In this document: positions 30,490 through 40,700 of the stretch, piece by piece
Layout: each line of letters begins with the position of its first letter
Position numbering within the stretch: the stretch's first letter is position 1
NCBI GenBank assembly: GCA_965213625.1
Contig: CBDBZU010000004.1
Location: 160,001-224,000 of the forward strand
DNA: 64,000 nt
Direction of reading: 5' to 3'
DNA from: a bacterium
GTDB taxonomy: Bacteria > UBA8248
Program-made: the position numbers and the translations under genes
Notes under the pieces: model-generated
Databases searched by the model: none
What the model was told of the DNA's origin: nothing
The model's input: the letters and a program-made list of their open reading frames with translations, nothing else

Positions 30490-31665
30490 ATGCCCAGAAG
30501 AAGCGAGATCAAGCTTACCAAACGCGTGGTCGACGCGTTATCTGTCGAGAAGAACGACGCCGCCTTCTGGGACCGGGAGCTGGCCGGCTTCGGGGTGCGG
30601 GTCTACGCCACGGGCCGGAAGGTCTACGTGGTGCAGTCGAGAGGGCCGTGGGGTCCCAAACGAGTGACGCTTGGACGCCACGGCGAGATGTCTTGTGAGG
30701 AGGCGAGGAAGCAAGCCGCACTCGTCATCGACCGCATCAAGCGGGGCGAGGAGCCCGAGCCCAAGCCGCCTGAGGCCGCGCCCACGGTGGCCGGTCTGGC
30801 CGAACGCTTCATGCGCGACCACGCCGAAACACACTGCAAGCCCGACACCGCGAGGTCGTACCGCTCCCTGATCGAGAACCACGTCGAACCGGCGCTTGGC
30901 GGGATGGCGGTGGCCCAAGTCGGCCGGGCAGAGGTCGCCGCGCTCCATCACGGTCTCCGCGATACGCCCGCCGTGGCCAACGCGGCGGTGGGACTGCTCT
31001 CTAAAATGTTCAAGATGGCTGAGGCGTGGGGCCTGCTTCCTGCCGGAAACAACCCGTGCCGGGGGCTTCTCCGCTACCGGACGCGGAAGCGGGAGCGGTT
31101 CCTGACGCAGGATGAGTTCCGCCGCCTCGGACGTGCGCTCAGAGAGTTCGAGGCGGAGGGAAGGACGTGGGCGGCCGCGGTGGCGGCGATCAGGCTCCTG
31201 GCGCTTACCGGGTGCAGGCGGAGCGAGATACTGGACTTGCACTGGGACGACGTGGACCGCACGGCGGGGGAGCTCAGGCTTAAGGAAGCCAAGGCGGGCC
31301 CGCGCATGGTTCCGCTGACGGCGCCCGCGCTCAAGGTGCTGGAGGGGATCCCCCGCTCGCCGGAGGACCCCTGGGTGATCTCTTCGAAGTACGGGAGGGG
31401 CCGCCTGGGGAACCTCTCCTACTACTGGGGGTCCGTGAGGGAGCGGGCGGGGCTGGACGACGTTCGAATCCATGACCTGAGACATAGTTACGCCTCGCGG
31501 GCGCTCGCGCTGGGCGAAAGTCTGTCTGCGATCGGCCGGCTGCTCGGCCACCGTCACGTGGTGAGCACGGCGCGCTACGCGCACCTGATGCGCGATGCCG
31601 AGAAGGCGGCGGCCGCCCGTGTGGGGGAGAGCATCGGCGTCCACGTCAAGAGCCGGGGGAGGTAG
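30490..31665 (+). CDS. Tyrosine recombinase/integrase with N-terminal arm-binding domain (copy 1)
   Basis: WDRELAGFGVRV, TGCRRSEI, HDLRH, LLGH, TARY. Confidence 0.92.
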   Translation: MPRRSEIKLTKRVVDALSVEKNDAAFWDRELAGFGVRVYATGRKVYVVQSRGPWGPKRVTLGRHGEMSCEEARKQAALVIDRIKRGEEPEPKPPEAAPTVAGLAERFMRDHAETHCKPDTARSYRSLIENHVEPALGGMAVAQVGRAEVAALHHGLRDTPAVANAAVGLLSKMFKMAEAWGLLPAGNNPCRGLLRYRTRKRERFLTQDEFRRLGRALREFEAEGRTWAAAVAAIRLLALTGCRRSEILDLHWDDVDRTAGELRLKEAKAGPRMVPLTAPALKVLEGIPRSPEDPWVISSKYGRGRLGNLSYYWGSVRERAGLDDVRIHDLRHSYASRALALGESLSAIGRLLGHRHVVSTARYAHLMRDAEKAAAARVGESIGVHVKSRGR

Positions 31666-31675
31666 AGTGGAAACG

Positions 31676-32842
31676 ATGCAGCCCAAAATTAAAACGCTCT
31701 CGAACCGCGCAGTCGCGAAACTCACGGTCGAGAAAGACACTGTCTTCTGGGATCGTGATCTCACCGGCTTCGGGGTGCGGGTGTATCCCACGGGCGGCAA
31801 GGTCTACGTCGCCCAGGCGCGGGGACCGGGAGGACCCAGGCGCGTTACGGTGGGCCGCTACGGGGTCATCCATGCCGATGAGGCCAGGAAGCGCGCCGCC
31901 CACATCATCGCGCGCATCAAGGCGGGCGAGGAGGCGGTTCCCGAACCGATCAAGCCCGCCTGCGGTCCCACGGTGGCCGAGCTCGCCAAGCGCTATCTCG
32001 CTGAATACGTCTACGTGCGCTGCAAGCCGCGCACCGTGAAGACGGTCCGCTCCGTGGTTTGCAGGCACATCGTGCCTGCGCTCGGAAAACTGCCCCTCGC
32101 ATCGGTCGAGCGCAAACACGTGGCGGAACTCCACCAGCGGCTGAGCGCCACGCCCGCGGCCGCCAACCAGGCCGTCCGGGCGCTGTCCGCGATGTACAAA
32201 CTGGCCGAGAGCTGGGAACTTGTGCCTGACGGATTATCAAACCCCTGCCGCGCCATCTCCGAATACCCCGGGCGCCGTCGGGAGCGGTTCCTCACGGAAG
32301 CGGAATTGGACCGTCTGGGGAGTGCCCTGGACGAGGCTGAGACGAAGGGAGGCGCGTCGGCGTCCGCGGTGGCCGCGATCCGTCTCCTGATACTGACCGG
32401 CTGCCGTAAGTCGGAGATCCTTAACCTGCGCTGGGAGGACGTGGCGCTCGATCAAGCGGAACTGCGGCTTGCAGACTCCAAGACGGGCGCGCGGGTCGTT
32501 TCGATCTCGGAACCCGCGGTCAAACTCCTCGCGGGTCTGCCACGCCTCCCCGGCGATCCATGGGTGATCCCCGGCAGGAAGCCGGGAACGCACCTCAGGA
32601 AGCTCGATGACGCCTGGCAGTCCGTCCGCTCGCGCGCGGGGCTTCACGACGTGCGCCTCCATGACCTGCGCCATTCGTTCGCCTCGAGGGCTCTCGCGCT
32701 CGGCGAGGGACTCACCGTGATAGGCAAACTCCTGGGCCACGCCCGGATCGAGACCACCTCGCGCTACGCGCATCTCGCGCGCGATTCGGTGCGCGAATCC
32801 GCCGAGCGGGTCGCCGCGAGCATCGCCGAAGACCTGTTGTAG
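31676..32842 (+). CDS. Tyrosine recombinase/integrase with N-terminal arm-binding domain (copy 2)
   Basis: WDRDLTGFGVRV, TGCRKSEI, HDLRH, LLGH, TSRY. Confidence 0.92.
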   Translation: MQPKIKTLSNRAVAKLTVEKDTVFWDRDLTGFGVRVYPTGGKVYVAQARGPGGPRRVTVGRYGVIHADEARKRAAHIIARIKAGEEAVPEPIKPACGPTVAELAKRYLAEYVYVRCKPRTVKTVRSVVCRHIVPALGKLPLASVERKHVAELHQRLSATPAAANQAVRALSAMYKLAESWELVPDGLSNPCRAISEYPGRRRERFLTEAELDRLGSALDEAETKGGASASAVAAIRLLILTGCRKSEILNLRWEDVALDQAELRLADSKTGARVVSISEPAVKLLAGLPRLPGDPWVIPGRKPGTHLRKLDDAWQSVRSRAGLHDVRLHDLRHSFASRALALGEGLTVIGKLLGHARIETTSRYAHLARDSVRESAERVAASIAEDLL

Positions 32843-33020
32843 GGCGCCTGCGATTTTTCTATAGCTCCAGTCCTCGATCCGATCGGCTCTTCTCCATCGC
32901 CTCGTTCTGCTTCTCCGCCCCGATGCTCCCGGTTTTGCCCCCTCCGAGTACCTCCAGGGCTGCGATGCGCTCCCCCGGGGCGTCCTCTCCCTGAACCCGC
33001 TGCCCCGCTTCCGCCGTATT

Positions 33021-36000
33021 CTACCAGCGCGCGGTGAGGTCGACCCCGACGCCGTGGTCGGTCGTATCGTCCGCGGCCTCTCGCCGCGTGGCCTTTACGG
33101 CGAGCGAGAGGTCGGGGGCGCCTGCAGCCTCGGGTTCGAGGCGCCAGCCCACGTCGTAGTCCCGCGCCCCGGCCGAGAAGCCCCAGGCGAGGAAGGGAGA
33201 ACCCGTGAAGCGTCCGCCGAAGGCGGGCAGCCCCCAGGCCGCCTCCGCGCGCCAGCCGTCGCTCCGCCCGCCGGAGCGCTTCGCCAGCGGATCGGAGGCG
33301 AACAGCGCGTCGAGCCCGTCCGCGGCCGAACCGCCCAGGTCGCGCCGGAGCGCGAACGAAGCGCCCCGTTTGCTCCCGGGGTCCGGGTCATAGGTAAGCG
33401 AGGCCGATATCCCCCGGTCCTTCAGGTCCTCGTCCTCGTGCGCGAGCAGCGTGCGGCCCGATACGTCGAGCACGAGGCCGAGACGCCCGGCGGTGAGCGA
33501 TACCCCGGCGCCCACCTCGACGCCGAAGCCCGTCTCCGCGCCGCCCCCGTCGTGGCGCACCCCGAATTCGACCCGAGGCGCAACGACGCCGCCATCGAGC
33601 GTGAATTCACGGCTCCCCTCGATTCCCAGCCGAAGCCGGTTCACCTCGGAGCGCGAGGCCGAAAGCTCGCCGGTCTCATCCGAATCCGTGCGCGTCCACA
33701 GCGCGTCGGCGAGAAGGGCGAGGCTGAAGCTCCCGGGCTTCAAAAGGCCGCCCCTGAGTCCCGCCGCCGCCATGGACCACGTCGTGTCCGCGTCATAGCG
33801 GTCGCCCATGGCCGTCTCGAGCGTCACCTCGCCCGAACCGTAGCCGAGCGCGCCCCAGAGCTTCAGGCGTTCCGAGACCCGGAGCGAGGCATAGGGAACC
33901 GCCGCCGCCAGCGACGCCTCCACACTGCCGTCGCCCTCCCGCACGGCGCCGCTGCACAGGACCCTCCGCATCTCGGCATCCAGAGGCTGGGGACAGCGCA
34001 CGGAATCCGAACCGCTGCCTGCCCCGGAAACCGGTCCGCTGTCGGCATAGCCGCCTTCTCCGCTGCTATGCATCAGAGCCATGCCGACCAGCCAGTCGCC
34101 GCGCGCATAGTCCGCGCCCAGCATGGCCGTGGTCGCCTCGCCGTCGAGCGAGAAGCTGCCCTCCCGGCCGTCGAAGCTCGACTGCGCCGCCCGGCCCCAG
34201 AAGGCGAAGCTGCCGCCCGTGCCGTCCTTCTCCCCTGTCTGCGTGAAGTTCGAGCCTAATAGCAGGTCCCGCGTCGTCAGAAGGCGCTCCGGCGCACCTG
34301 CGCCGGAGCGGTACGACTCGCTGGCGAAGACCTCTCCCTCCCCGAGGGCGATGTGGCGGCCGCCCCCGGCCGTAATCGCGTGCGCCGCAGGCGACGCGCC
34401 GACAGGCTCGAAGGCGAGCGGCTGCCCGGCGATCGCGCCCTGCACCCCGGCGCTGCGCGAGGCCGCGATGCGACCGGCAATGCCGTCCAGCGCCTGCTCC
34501 GCCGCCGTGCGGCCGAAACGCGCCAGCCACGCCGCCGGCATCGGGTCGTCGTTGGTGATCGTGCCGACGGCGACGCCGTCGGTGATCGACACACCTTCAT
34601 CGGCGTCGAACAGGACCACCTCGAAGGTCTCCGGATCCTCGTCATGGCTGTCGTTGTAGATGTAGACGGGAATCCGCGCCGTCGTCTTGCCCGGGAATAT
34701 CGAGATCCGTGCCCGCCAGGCCCGCTTCCATTCGAAGTAGTCCCGGCCGGCCCTGGCCGAGACCGGTGTCGATTGGCGGGTCGCGTAGAGGATGGTGATT
34801 GTCCGGTCCGCGGGCTCGCTCATCGTCACCGTGAAATACACCGTGCCCTGGTTTTCCTTGAAGGTGGCGTCGGCGATGGAGATCGTCGGCCCAGACGACG
34901 CCGCGTCGTTGTCCGACACCGCCACCGTGGCCGCATTGTCCGGCGCCGCCGCCACCGTGTAGCCCGCGCCGGCATCCACGCTCGCCGTGATCGAGCCGTC
35001 CGGCTCGTCCGCCGCGTCGTCCACCGTGGCGACCTCCACGTCCACGCTGCCCGTGACCGGGACGGTGACCGTCCTCGAGCCCGTCTCGCCCGAAGCGGCG
35101 AAGGCGCCGCTCTGGCCGACGGTCAGCGTTATGTCGAGCGGCGCCGCAGGCGCCGGCTCGGCATTGACCGTGAAGCCGGCCGGGGCGCCTTCCGTCACCC
35201 CGCCGCCGGCGACGATGCTCACCACCGGCTCGTCATCGTCGCGCACCGTCACCGCGGCGCTGCCCTTGCCCCCGGCCACCGTGTATCCCGCGCCCGTGCC
35301 GAGGGTGACGCTCACCGAGCCGTCGGCCTCGTCCGCCGCATCGTCCACCGTGGCAACGGAGAGCGCGACGCTGGCGGCCCCTGCTGTCAGGACCACCGTC
35401 CGGCTGCCCGCGCCGGGCGCATCCAGATACTCGCCGCTCTGGGCGACGGTGAAGGCAATCGTCAGGTCGGACTGCGGCGCCGGGTCGGCCGTGACCGTGA
35501 AGGCGGCATTGCCGCCCTCGTCCACGGCGGACCCCGCCGAGAGGCTGAGCGCGGGCGTGGCCGGCGTCGCCGGCTGTTCCTCGGCCTGTTCCGCCGGCGC
35601 CGCCGCCAGGCATTCCAGCGCCTCGAGCACCGGGGTCCAGCGCTTAAGGCCGCGATCCGCCTGCGCCCGCGCCTCGGCGACGGTCATCGGGTTGTTGCTG
35701 TAGGCATTGCTCTCCCCGAAGGCGGCAAGCACCCGGCTCCAGCGCTCGACATGGCCCGAAGTCCGCCAGGTTTCGCTCGCAGCCTTCCGGGCGTCGGCAA
35801 GCAGGGCGCCGGAGACGCAGGAAGGTGTCTCAACCGACGCGGCTTCTTGCTGGGGTGAGCCCTGGCCGTCGCCGACGGTGATGGTGACCCAGGCAAAGCC
35901 GTCAAGGATGCCGCGCCGCCTGCTCGTCGTTGACGTGCCGCCGCTCGAATTTGGACGTGTCTCGAGCAGCACCTTTGGTATCGCGGCCAGCCTGAAATGC

Positions 36001-38066
36001 ATGACCGTGGGCGCCGCCGGGGCGGGGAAGGTGGCAGTTTGACCGTCCCTCTGCACGCCTCCCTGGACGACCATGTCCGAGTCCGGGCTGTCCACTTGCC
36101 GCCACCGCCAGGCAAGATCGGTGCTGGCCCAGGGCCCGGAGGCGGTGCCCGACAGGGTGACCTGCTGCCCGGTGGCGACCGTCTGGTCGGTGCCGGCATT
36201 CGCCGTCGGCCTGAACGGGGCGCCGGGGTTGTCTTCCAACCAATGTGTCGCCAACGCCAGATTGTTCTTGAACACGCCATCCGGCAGCGCAGCGAGCCTG
36301 TTGTTATTCAGATACAGAACCCTGAGATTTGTGAGATTGTCAAAGACGCTTGGCCGCAGCGTCGTCAGCTGGTTTCTGTCCAAATCCAGCGTCATCAACC
36401 CCGCGAGGTCGTCGAAGATGCCCGCCGGCAGCGTTGTCAGGCTGTTTCGATCAATCCGCAGGCGCTTCAGATTGGTGAGCCCGTCGAAATCGCCCGCCTT
36501 CAGACTGCTCAACCCCTTATTGAATAAATTCAGGGGGTTGCTGTGGACGTCGCCGCTGATGGCCGCCAGATGTGTGTCGGTCACGTCGCGGCAGTGGCTG
36601 ACGCTGCCGATCATGCGGACAATCTCGTCGCGCACCGCCTTCGTGCGCCCGCAGATGCCGGCGTGCTCGACCGTGACCGGCCAAGTCGGCGACCAGTGAC
36701 GACGGGTTTCATGGGCCCAGGTGAAGTCACGTTCCGCCGAGACCACAAGCTTGGTATCGCCGACGCCGACGCCTTCCAGGCGCACCCACTGTTCGCGGCT
36801 GGACGGCGTGAAGACCATAGTGTCCATGAGGACGCCGTCAACGCGAGGTTGCCCGTCCCGTCTCGTCGCCCTGAGCACATTGCCGACCGGCTCGGTAAAG
36901 AGATGGACATCGACTCTCGCGCTGCTTCCGTTGGGCAGCATCCTTTCGCCGATCCTGATCTTGAAATCCATGGTGGCTCCCTCGGCCAGGGTGATCGTCT
37001 GGCCCGCGGGGGGCAGGCCCGACGCGACGATCTCCACCGGCGGCGTCTGCTCATTGACGCGGACCCAGACCTTGCCCCTGTCCTGAACGGATGTCGACTC
37101 CATGCGGTGCTCAAGGGGCACCGCATCCGGGAAATGGTCGGTGCAGGCCACCTTGACCTTGACCGTTTGCCACTCGTTCCAGTTGGACGGCGTGAAGGTC
37201 AGCGTCGGCTTGCCGATACCGTTACGGCCGTTCGAAGCCCGCCTGTCGGGCCCCACAAAGACGCGGTTCAGCGTCCGGTGGGTGTTGTTGCCCCACCAGA
37301 TGAGGTCGTTGGGGTCATAGACGGTGACTTTCACCGTACCCGACGGCGGTGACTTCAGCTTGACCTGATAGGTCGGCCCGGGGGCGCTGGCGGGAAGCTC
37401 CATGCTCGCCCCCGGGGTGGACATGTATGTGTTGGGATAGGTCGGTCTGACGGCCAGGGCACGTTGTCGGCGCTGTTGGGCGGTGCCGCCGGTAATCTTG
37501 TTACCGCTTAGATCGTAGTATTCGAGCTGGCCGCAGCCCTTACTCTCGTTCCAGGTCAGGTGCGTGGTGCTGAACTCCAGGTCGGGGGTCTGCGCCTGCG
37601 CGCTCGCGGCGAAGCCGGGCAACAACAGCGGCAGTCCGAGCAACACAGCGGCAAGGCTCCGGCGCAGGCTGCCCGCGAACGCAGTGGAAGCAACGGGACG
37701 ATCGGAGGAAGAAGCGGGCCGGCGGGTTGTGGGGCAACCGCCGGAAGAACCGAGAGGCTCAGACCGGGCGGCAGAGTACCTCAGGCGGCGCCACCACGGA
37801 GATGTAGCAAGAGCGGCTCGGCTCGGCTCGGCTCGGCTCGGCTCGGCTCGGCTCGGCTCGGCTCGGCTCGGCTCGGCTCGGCTCGGCTCGGCTCGGCTCG
37901 GCTCGGCTCGGCTCGGCTCGGCTCGATTATGCAAAGACCCCCGGAGCCGGTTTGTCAACCCCCCGGAACGGATTTTCCGGATATCCCCGCCTCGCGCGGC
38001 GCAGAACCGGTACCCGGATTCACACAATTTCTTCCATCCCCTGAAAAACGTGCTCAGTGTCTTCAT
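33021..38066 (-). CDS. Large autotransporter-like surface protein with LRR, PKD-like and Calx-beta repeats
   Basis: ATG 38066 with upstream ggagcgagg; signal-like LLGLPLLLPGFAASAQAQ; LRRs (LTTLPAGIFDDL); Calx-beta (TVDDAADEADG); C-terminal beta-barrel ending in W. Confidence 0.85.
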   Translation of the reverse strand: MKTLSTFFRGWKKLCESGYRFCAARGGDIRKIRSGGLTNRLRGSLHNRAEPSRAEPSRAEPSRAEPSRAEPSRAEPSRAEPSRAALATSPWWRRLRYSAARSEPLGSSGGCPTTRRPASSSDRPVASTAFAGSLRRSLAAVLLGLPLLLPGFAASAQAQTPDLEFSTTHLTWNESKGCGQLEYYDLSGNKITGGTAQQRRQRALAVRPTYPNTYMSTPGASMELPASAPGPTYQVKLKSPPSGTVKVTVYDPNDLIWWGNNTHRTLNRVFVGPDRRASNGRNGIGKPTLTFTPSNWNEWQTVKVKVACTDHFPDAVPLEHRMESTSVQDRGKVWVRVNEQTPPVEIVASGLPPAGQTITLAEGATMDFKIRIGERMLPNGSSARVDVHLFTEPVGNVLRATRRDGQPRVDGVLMDTMVFTPSSREQWVRLEGVGVGDTKLVVSAERDFTWAHETRRHWSPTWPVTVEHAGICGRTKAVRDEIVRMIGSVSHCRDVTDTHLAAISGDVHSNPLNLFNKGLSSLKAGDFDGLTNLKRLRIDRNSLTTLPAGIFDDLAGLMTLDLDRNQLTTLRPSVFDNLTNLRVLYLNNNRLAALPDGVFKNNLALATHWLEDNPGAPFRPTANAGTDQTVATGQQVTLSGTASGPWASTDLAWRWRQVDSPDSDMVVQGGVQRDGQTATFPAPAAPTVMHFRLAAIPKVLLETRPNSSGGTSTTSRRRGILDGFAWVTITVGDGQGSPQQEAASVETPSCVSGALLADARKAASETWRTSGHVERWSRVLAAFGESNAYSNNPMTVAEARAQADRGLKRWTPVLEALECLAAAPAEQAEEQPATPATPALSLSAGSAVDEGGNAAFTVTADPAPQSDLTIAFTVAQSGEYLDAPGAGSRTVVLTAGAASVALSVATVDDAADEADGSVSVTLGTGAGYTVAGGKGSAAVTVRDDDEPVVSIVAGGGVTEGAPAGFTVNAEPAPAAPLDITLTVGQSGAFAASGETGSRTVTVPVTGSVDVEVATVDDAADEPDGSITASVDAGAGYTVAAAPDNAATVAVSDNDAASSGPTISIADATFKENQGTVYFTVTMSEPADRTITILYATRQSTPVSARAGRDYFEWKRAWRARISIFPGKTTARIPVYIYNDSHDEDPETFEVVLFDADEGVSITDGVAVGTITNDDPMPAAWLARFGRTAAEQALDGIAGRIAASRSAGVQGAIAGQPLAFEPVGASPAAHAITAGGGRHIALGEGEVFASESYRSGAGAPERLLTTRDLLLGSNFTQTGEKDGTGGSFAFWGRAAQSSFDGREGSFSLDGEATTAMLGADYARGDWLVGMALMHSSGEGGYADSGPVSGAGSGSDSVRCPQPLDAEMRRVLCSGAVREGDGSVEASLAAAVPYASLRVSERLKLWGALGYGSGEVTLETAMGDRYDADTTWSMAAAGLRGGLLKPGSFSLALLADALWTRTDSDETGELSASRSEVNRLRLGIEGSREFTLDGGVVAPRVEFGVRHDGGGAETGFGVEVGAGVSLTAGRLGLVLDVSGRTLLAHEDEDLKDRGISASLTYDPDPGSKRGASFALRRDLGGSAADGLDALFASDPLAKRSGGRSDGWRAEAAWGLPAFGGRFTGSPFLAWGFSAGARDYDVGWRLEPEAAGAPDLSLAVKATRREAADDTTDHGVGVDLTARW
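37816..37925. repeat. Pentanucleotide simple sequence repeat (GCTCG)22
   Basis: Perfect tandem repeat encoding (AEPSR)n in the 5' part of the autotransporter. Confidence 0.97.
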
Positions 38067-38947
38067 CGTGACCTCGCTCCAATAAGTTCCCGGAAACCCC
38101 ACACCTTAAAATGAAAGTTTTCAAAAACATAGAACTTGAATGCTTACGTAAATTATAAAACAATGGCGCACGAAAGCAACCCCCCCTGCGCCTCACACCC
38201 TGGGCAAGACCCGGAGCGCCGTGGACGCGGCCGCCGGGGAGCGGTCTCCGCCTCCCTGTGGACCCTACGGCGCTCCCGTGCGTCCTGTGGCGGGGGTTTC
38301 GCCACGGGGACTGGACGGCCTTCGCCCGCTGCCGGCTCCCCGACGGGAGGGAAGAGCGCTACGCCTGGCGCCGCGAACTGGTGGAGCAGGTACTTCACGG
38401 CCACGACCCGGACGCACCCTTCCCGTGAAAGACCCCGGCGCGCTTTGCGCCGCCAAGAGGCCGAGCCGGGCCGGGAGGAGGCGGCGGAAGGGGTCCGGGA
38501 GGGAGGCTCTCCTTCTCCGGTCAGTACCGGTCGCCGCCATCATCCACCCATTCCAAGGAGGCCGCGCGATGCATAAACCGAAAAGAGAAGCGAACACCTT
38601 CCTCACCCATCTCTCAGGCCGGGGACTGGCGGACGAGCGATACGAGGTAAGGCGCTACAAATCCACGGGCGGGGGCGAGCTCAGACCCCTGCCCGCCGGG
38701 GAGAAGGGCGGGCGCAGGATGAAGCGCGTGACGGCTTCCCGCCGTGCGGTCCGGGAGATGCGGCCCGCGCGGGATGAACTCATCGTCTGCACGGGGATCA
38801 AAATCCCCGGTAGCGGCCTGCAGCTCTGGGGCGAACACTTGGTCGGGGAAAAATGCTGTGCCGGTGAGGCTTCCCGGCCCCCGCCGGGAGGACGTCCTGC
38901 CGGGCGCCGGCCGTACGGATTCCATCCACCCAAGGGAGGGAGAGAGG

Positions 38948-39760
38948 ATGCCCCACAAGGACCCGGAGCGAAGACGCGCTTTCGAACGCGAACGCCACAG
39001 GCGCCGGACGGCCAAACGCAAGGAAATGGGCCTTTGTCCAAAATGCGGGAAAAAACCTCCTGCGCCCGGGCGAAGCCTATGCGAGGTCTGCCTCGATAGA
39101 AGCCGAGTCGCCGAGCGCGCCCGCTACTTGAGAGCCCGGGCGGGGGGAACTGCATACGGCGGGCGGGATCCCGAGAGCCGCCGGCGCATGGCGCGCGAGA
39201 GGGCGATAAAGCGAAGGCGCGAGCGGCTGGAGGCCGGGTTATGCTCTCGCTGCGGACACGAGCCCGTAGAGGACGGCGCCGTATGCGGGAGTTGCCGGGA
39301 GGAACGCCGCGCGGCGGAAAAGAGGCTCTATGAAAAAAGACGCTCCAGGAACCTTTGCGGTCGTTGCGGAGGCGCCGTAACCGGAAAGGCTTCGACGTGC
39401 GCTTCGTGCGCCAAAAGGGATTCAAAGCGCCGTCCGCTCAAGAACGCCGCCAGCCGGGCGCGCTATCATACAAGGCGCGCCCGCGGGGCATGTGTTGACT
39501 GCGCAGCCCCCTCTCATGGAGCAGCCAGGTGTGAGGCGTGCGCCAGGCGATCGTATTTCTCATCGGGCGAACACCGGGGAATGCCCGTCCATCCACCACG
39601 CTACACCGTGGTGGAACTGGCCACGGGCATCGAGCACGGACCTTTGGACTCCTGGGAGGAGGTCGCCATGTGCCTCGCCTTCGCGAAACTCTCACGCGAT
39701 GAGGTCGAGGTCGTGGAGGATGCCTGCGTGATGGCGAAACTCACCGCGGCTCCCTGGTGA
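38948..39760 (+). CDS. Arg-rich protein with eight CxxC pairs (repeated Zn-ribbon)
   Basis: RBS gagagg; CPKC, CEVC, CSRC, CGSC, CGRC, CASC, CVDC, CEAC. Confidence 0.7.
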   Translation: MPHKDPERRRAFERERHRRRTAKRKEMGLCPKCGKKPPAPGRSLCEVCLDRSRVAERARYLRARAGGTAYGGRDPESRRRMARERAIKRRRERLEAGLCSRCGHEPVEDGAVCGSCREERRAAEKRLYEKRRSRNLCGRCGGAVTGKASTCASCAKRDSKRRPLKNAASRARYHTRRARGACVDCAAPSHGAARCEACARRSYFSSGEHRGMPVHPPRYTVVELATGIEHGPLDSWEEVAMCLAFAKLSRDEVEVVEDACVMAKLTAAPW

Positions 39761-39878
39761 GCGCGCCTGCACGTGCCGCCGACGCCGACCTGCTCCGCAG
39801 CCGGCCCCACGGCGTCTGGATTCCTGCGGGAGGCTTCGACGGGGGGAGTCGACCTGTATCGGACGTCTCCGCGGGGCC

Positions 39879-40286
39879 TCAGGACCAGGGGCGGTACGGC
39901 CCCTGAGACCTCCCGCGCCCCGGCCGCCTTGACGAAGGGGCGAATCCCGGGCCGCGGGGCCGACGCTCGAGGCGCCACACCGCCATCCATACCGGAAAAG
40001 AGACCAGGAGCGCCTGAACGCCCACGGGGAGCGGACCGAGGAAGCCCATCACAGAGGCCGCGCCGAGTAGCAACCACGCCACCAGGGAGGGACCCGGATA
40101 GCCCGAGCGGGCAAGTCGCCGGCAGGCGAGCGCGAGGGGGATGCCGCACGGAGCGGCGGGCAGCAACTCCAGGACGTCAAGCAGCGTATCTGCACCCTCC
40201 ATTGACCCGGTGCGCAGAACCTCCTCTGCGATAATCCCCGCAGGCAGCCACAGCAGCGCCGGCAACCAGAGCTTGAGTCGTTCCAT
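39879..40286 (-). CDS. Small hypothetical membrane protein
   Basis: RBS ggagg before MERLKLWLPALLWLPAG; several hydrophobic segments. Confidence 0.55.
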   Translation of the reverse strand: MERLKLWLPALLWLPAGIIAEEVLRTGSMEGADTLLDVLELLPAAPCGIPLALACRRLARSGYPGPSLVAWLLLGAASVMGFLGPLPVGVQALLVSFPVWMAVWRLERRPRGPGFAPSSRRPGRGRSQGPYRPWS

Positions 40287-40488
40287 ACCTCCTCCCTTCC
40301 TCACCTCCGTGCGCTGTCTGACACGAATCCGCGGTAAAGGCAAACACCTTGCGCGAGTGGTTCCCGCCGGGTGAGAACCTCCTCTCGAGAGTGAAAGGGA
40401 AGCGGAGAGCCGGGCAAATACCCGGTAGGGGGGAGGGAGACGGTCTCCAGTTCCCGCCGCCGGGGACAACCCGAGAGGAGGCACGGCC

Positions 40489-40620
40489 ATGTACGAGAAC
40501 GACTACGACGTCGACGTTCCCACCGCGGATGAGTTGCTCGCAGAACTCGGACTCGATGCGTACACGATCCGCAAGCTGCGCGCCGAGGCGGACGGCGAAG
40601 TGGAGTTTTGTAGCGTTTAG
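40489..40620 (+). CDS. 43-aa acidic hypothetical protein
   Basis: Strong RBS gaggagg; MYENDYDVDVPTADELLAELGLDAYTIRKLRAEADGEVEFCSV; below ORF-track cutoff. Confidence 0.55.
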   Translation: MYENDYDVDVPTADELLAELGLDAYTIRKLRAEADGEVEFCSV

Positions 40621-40700
40621 GACGAACGGGGGGGGTCGGGGAGAGAGGATTTCCGGCTCCTCGACTTTATCATCCACACTACACTTCAAGGAGTAACAAA

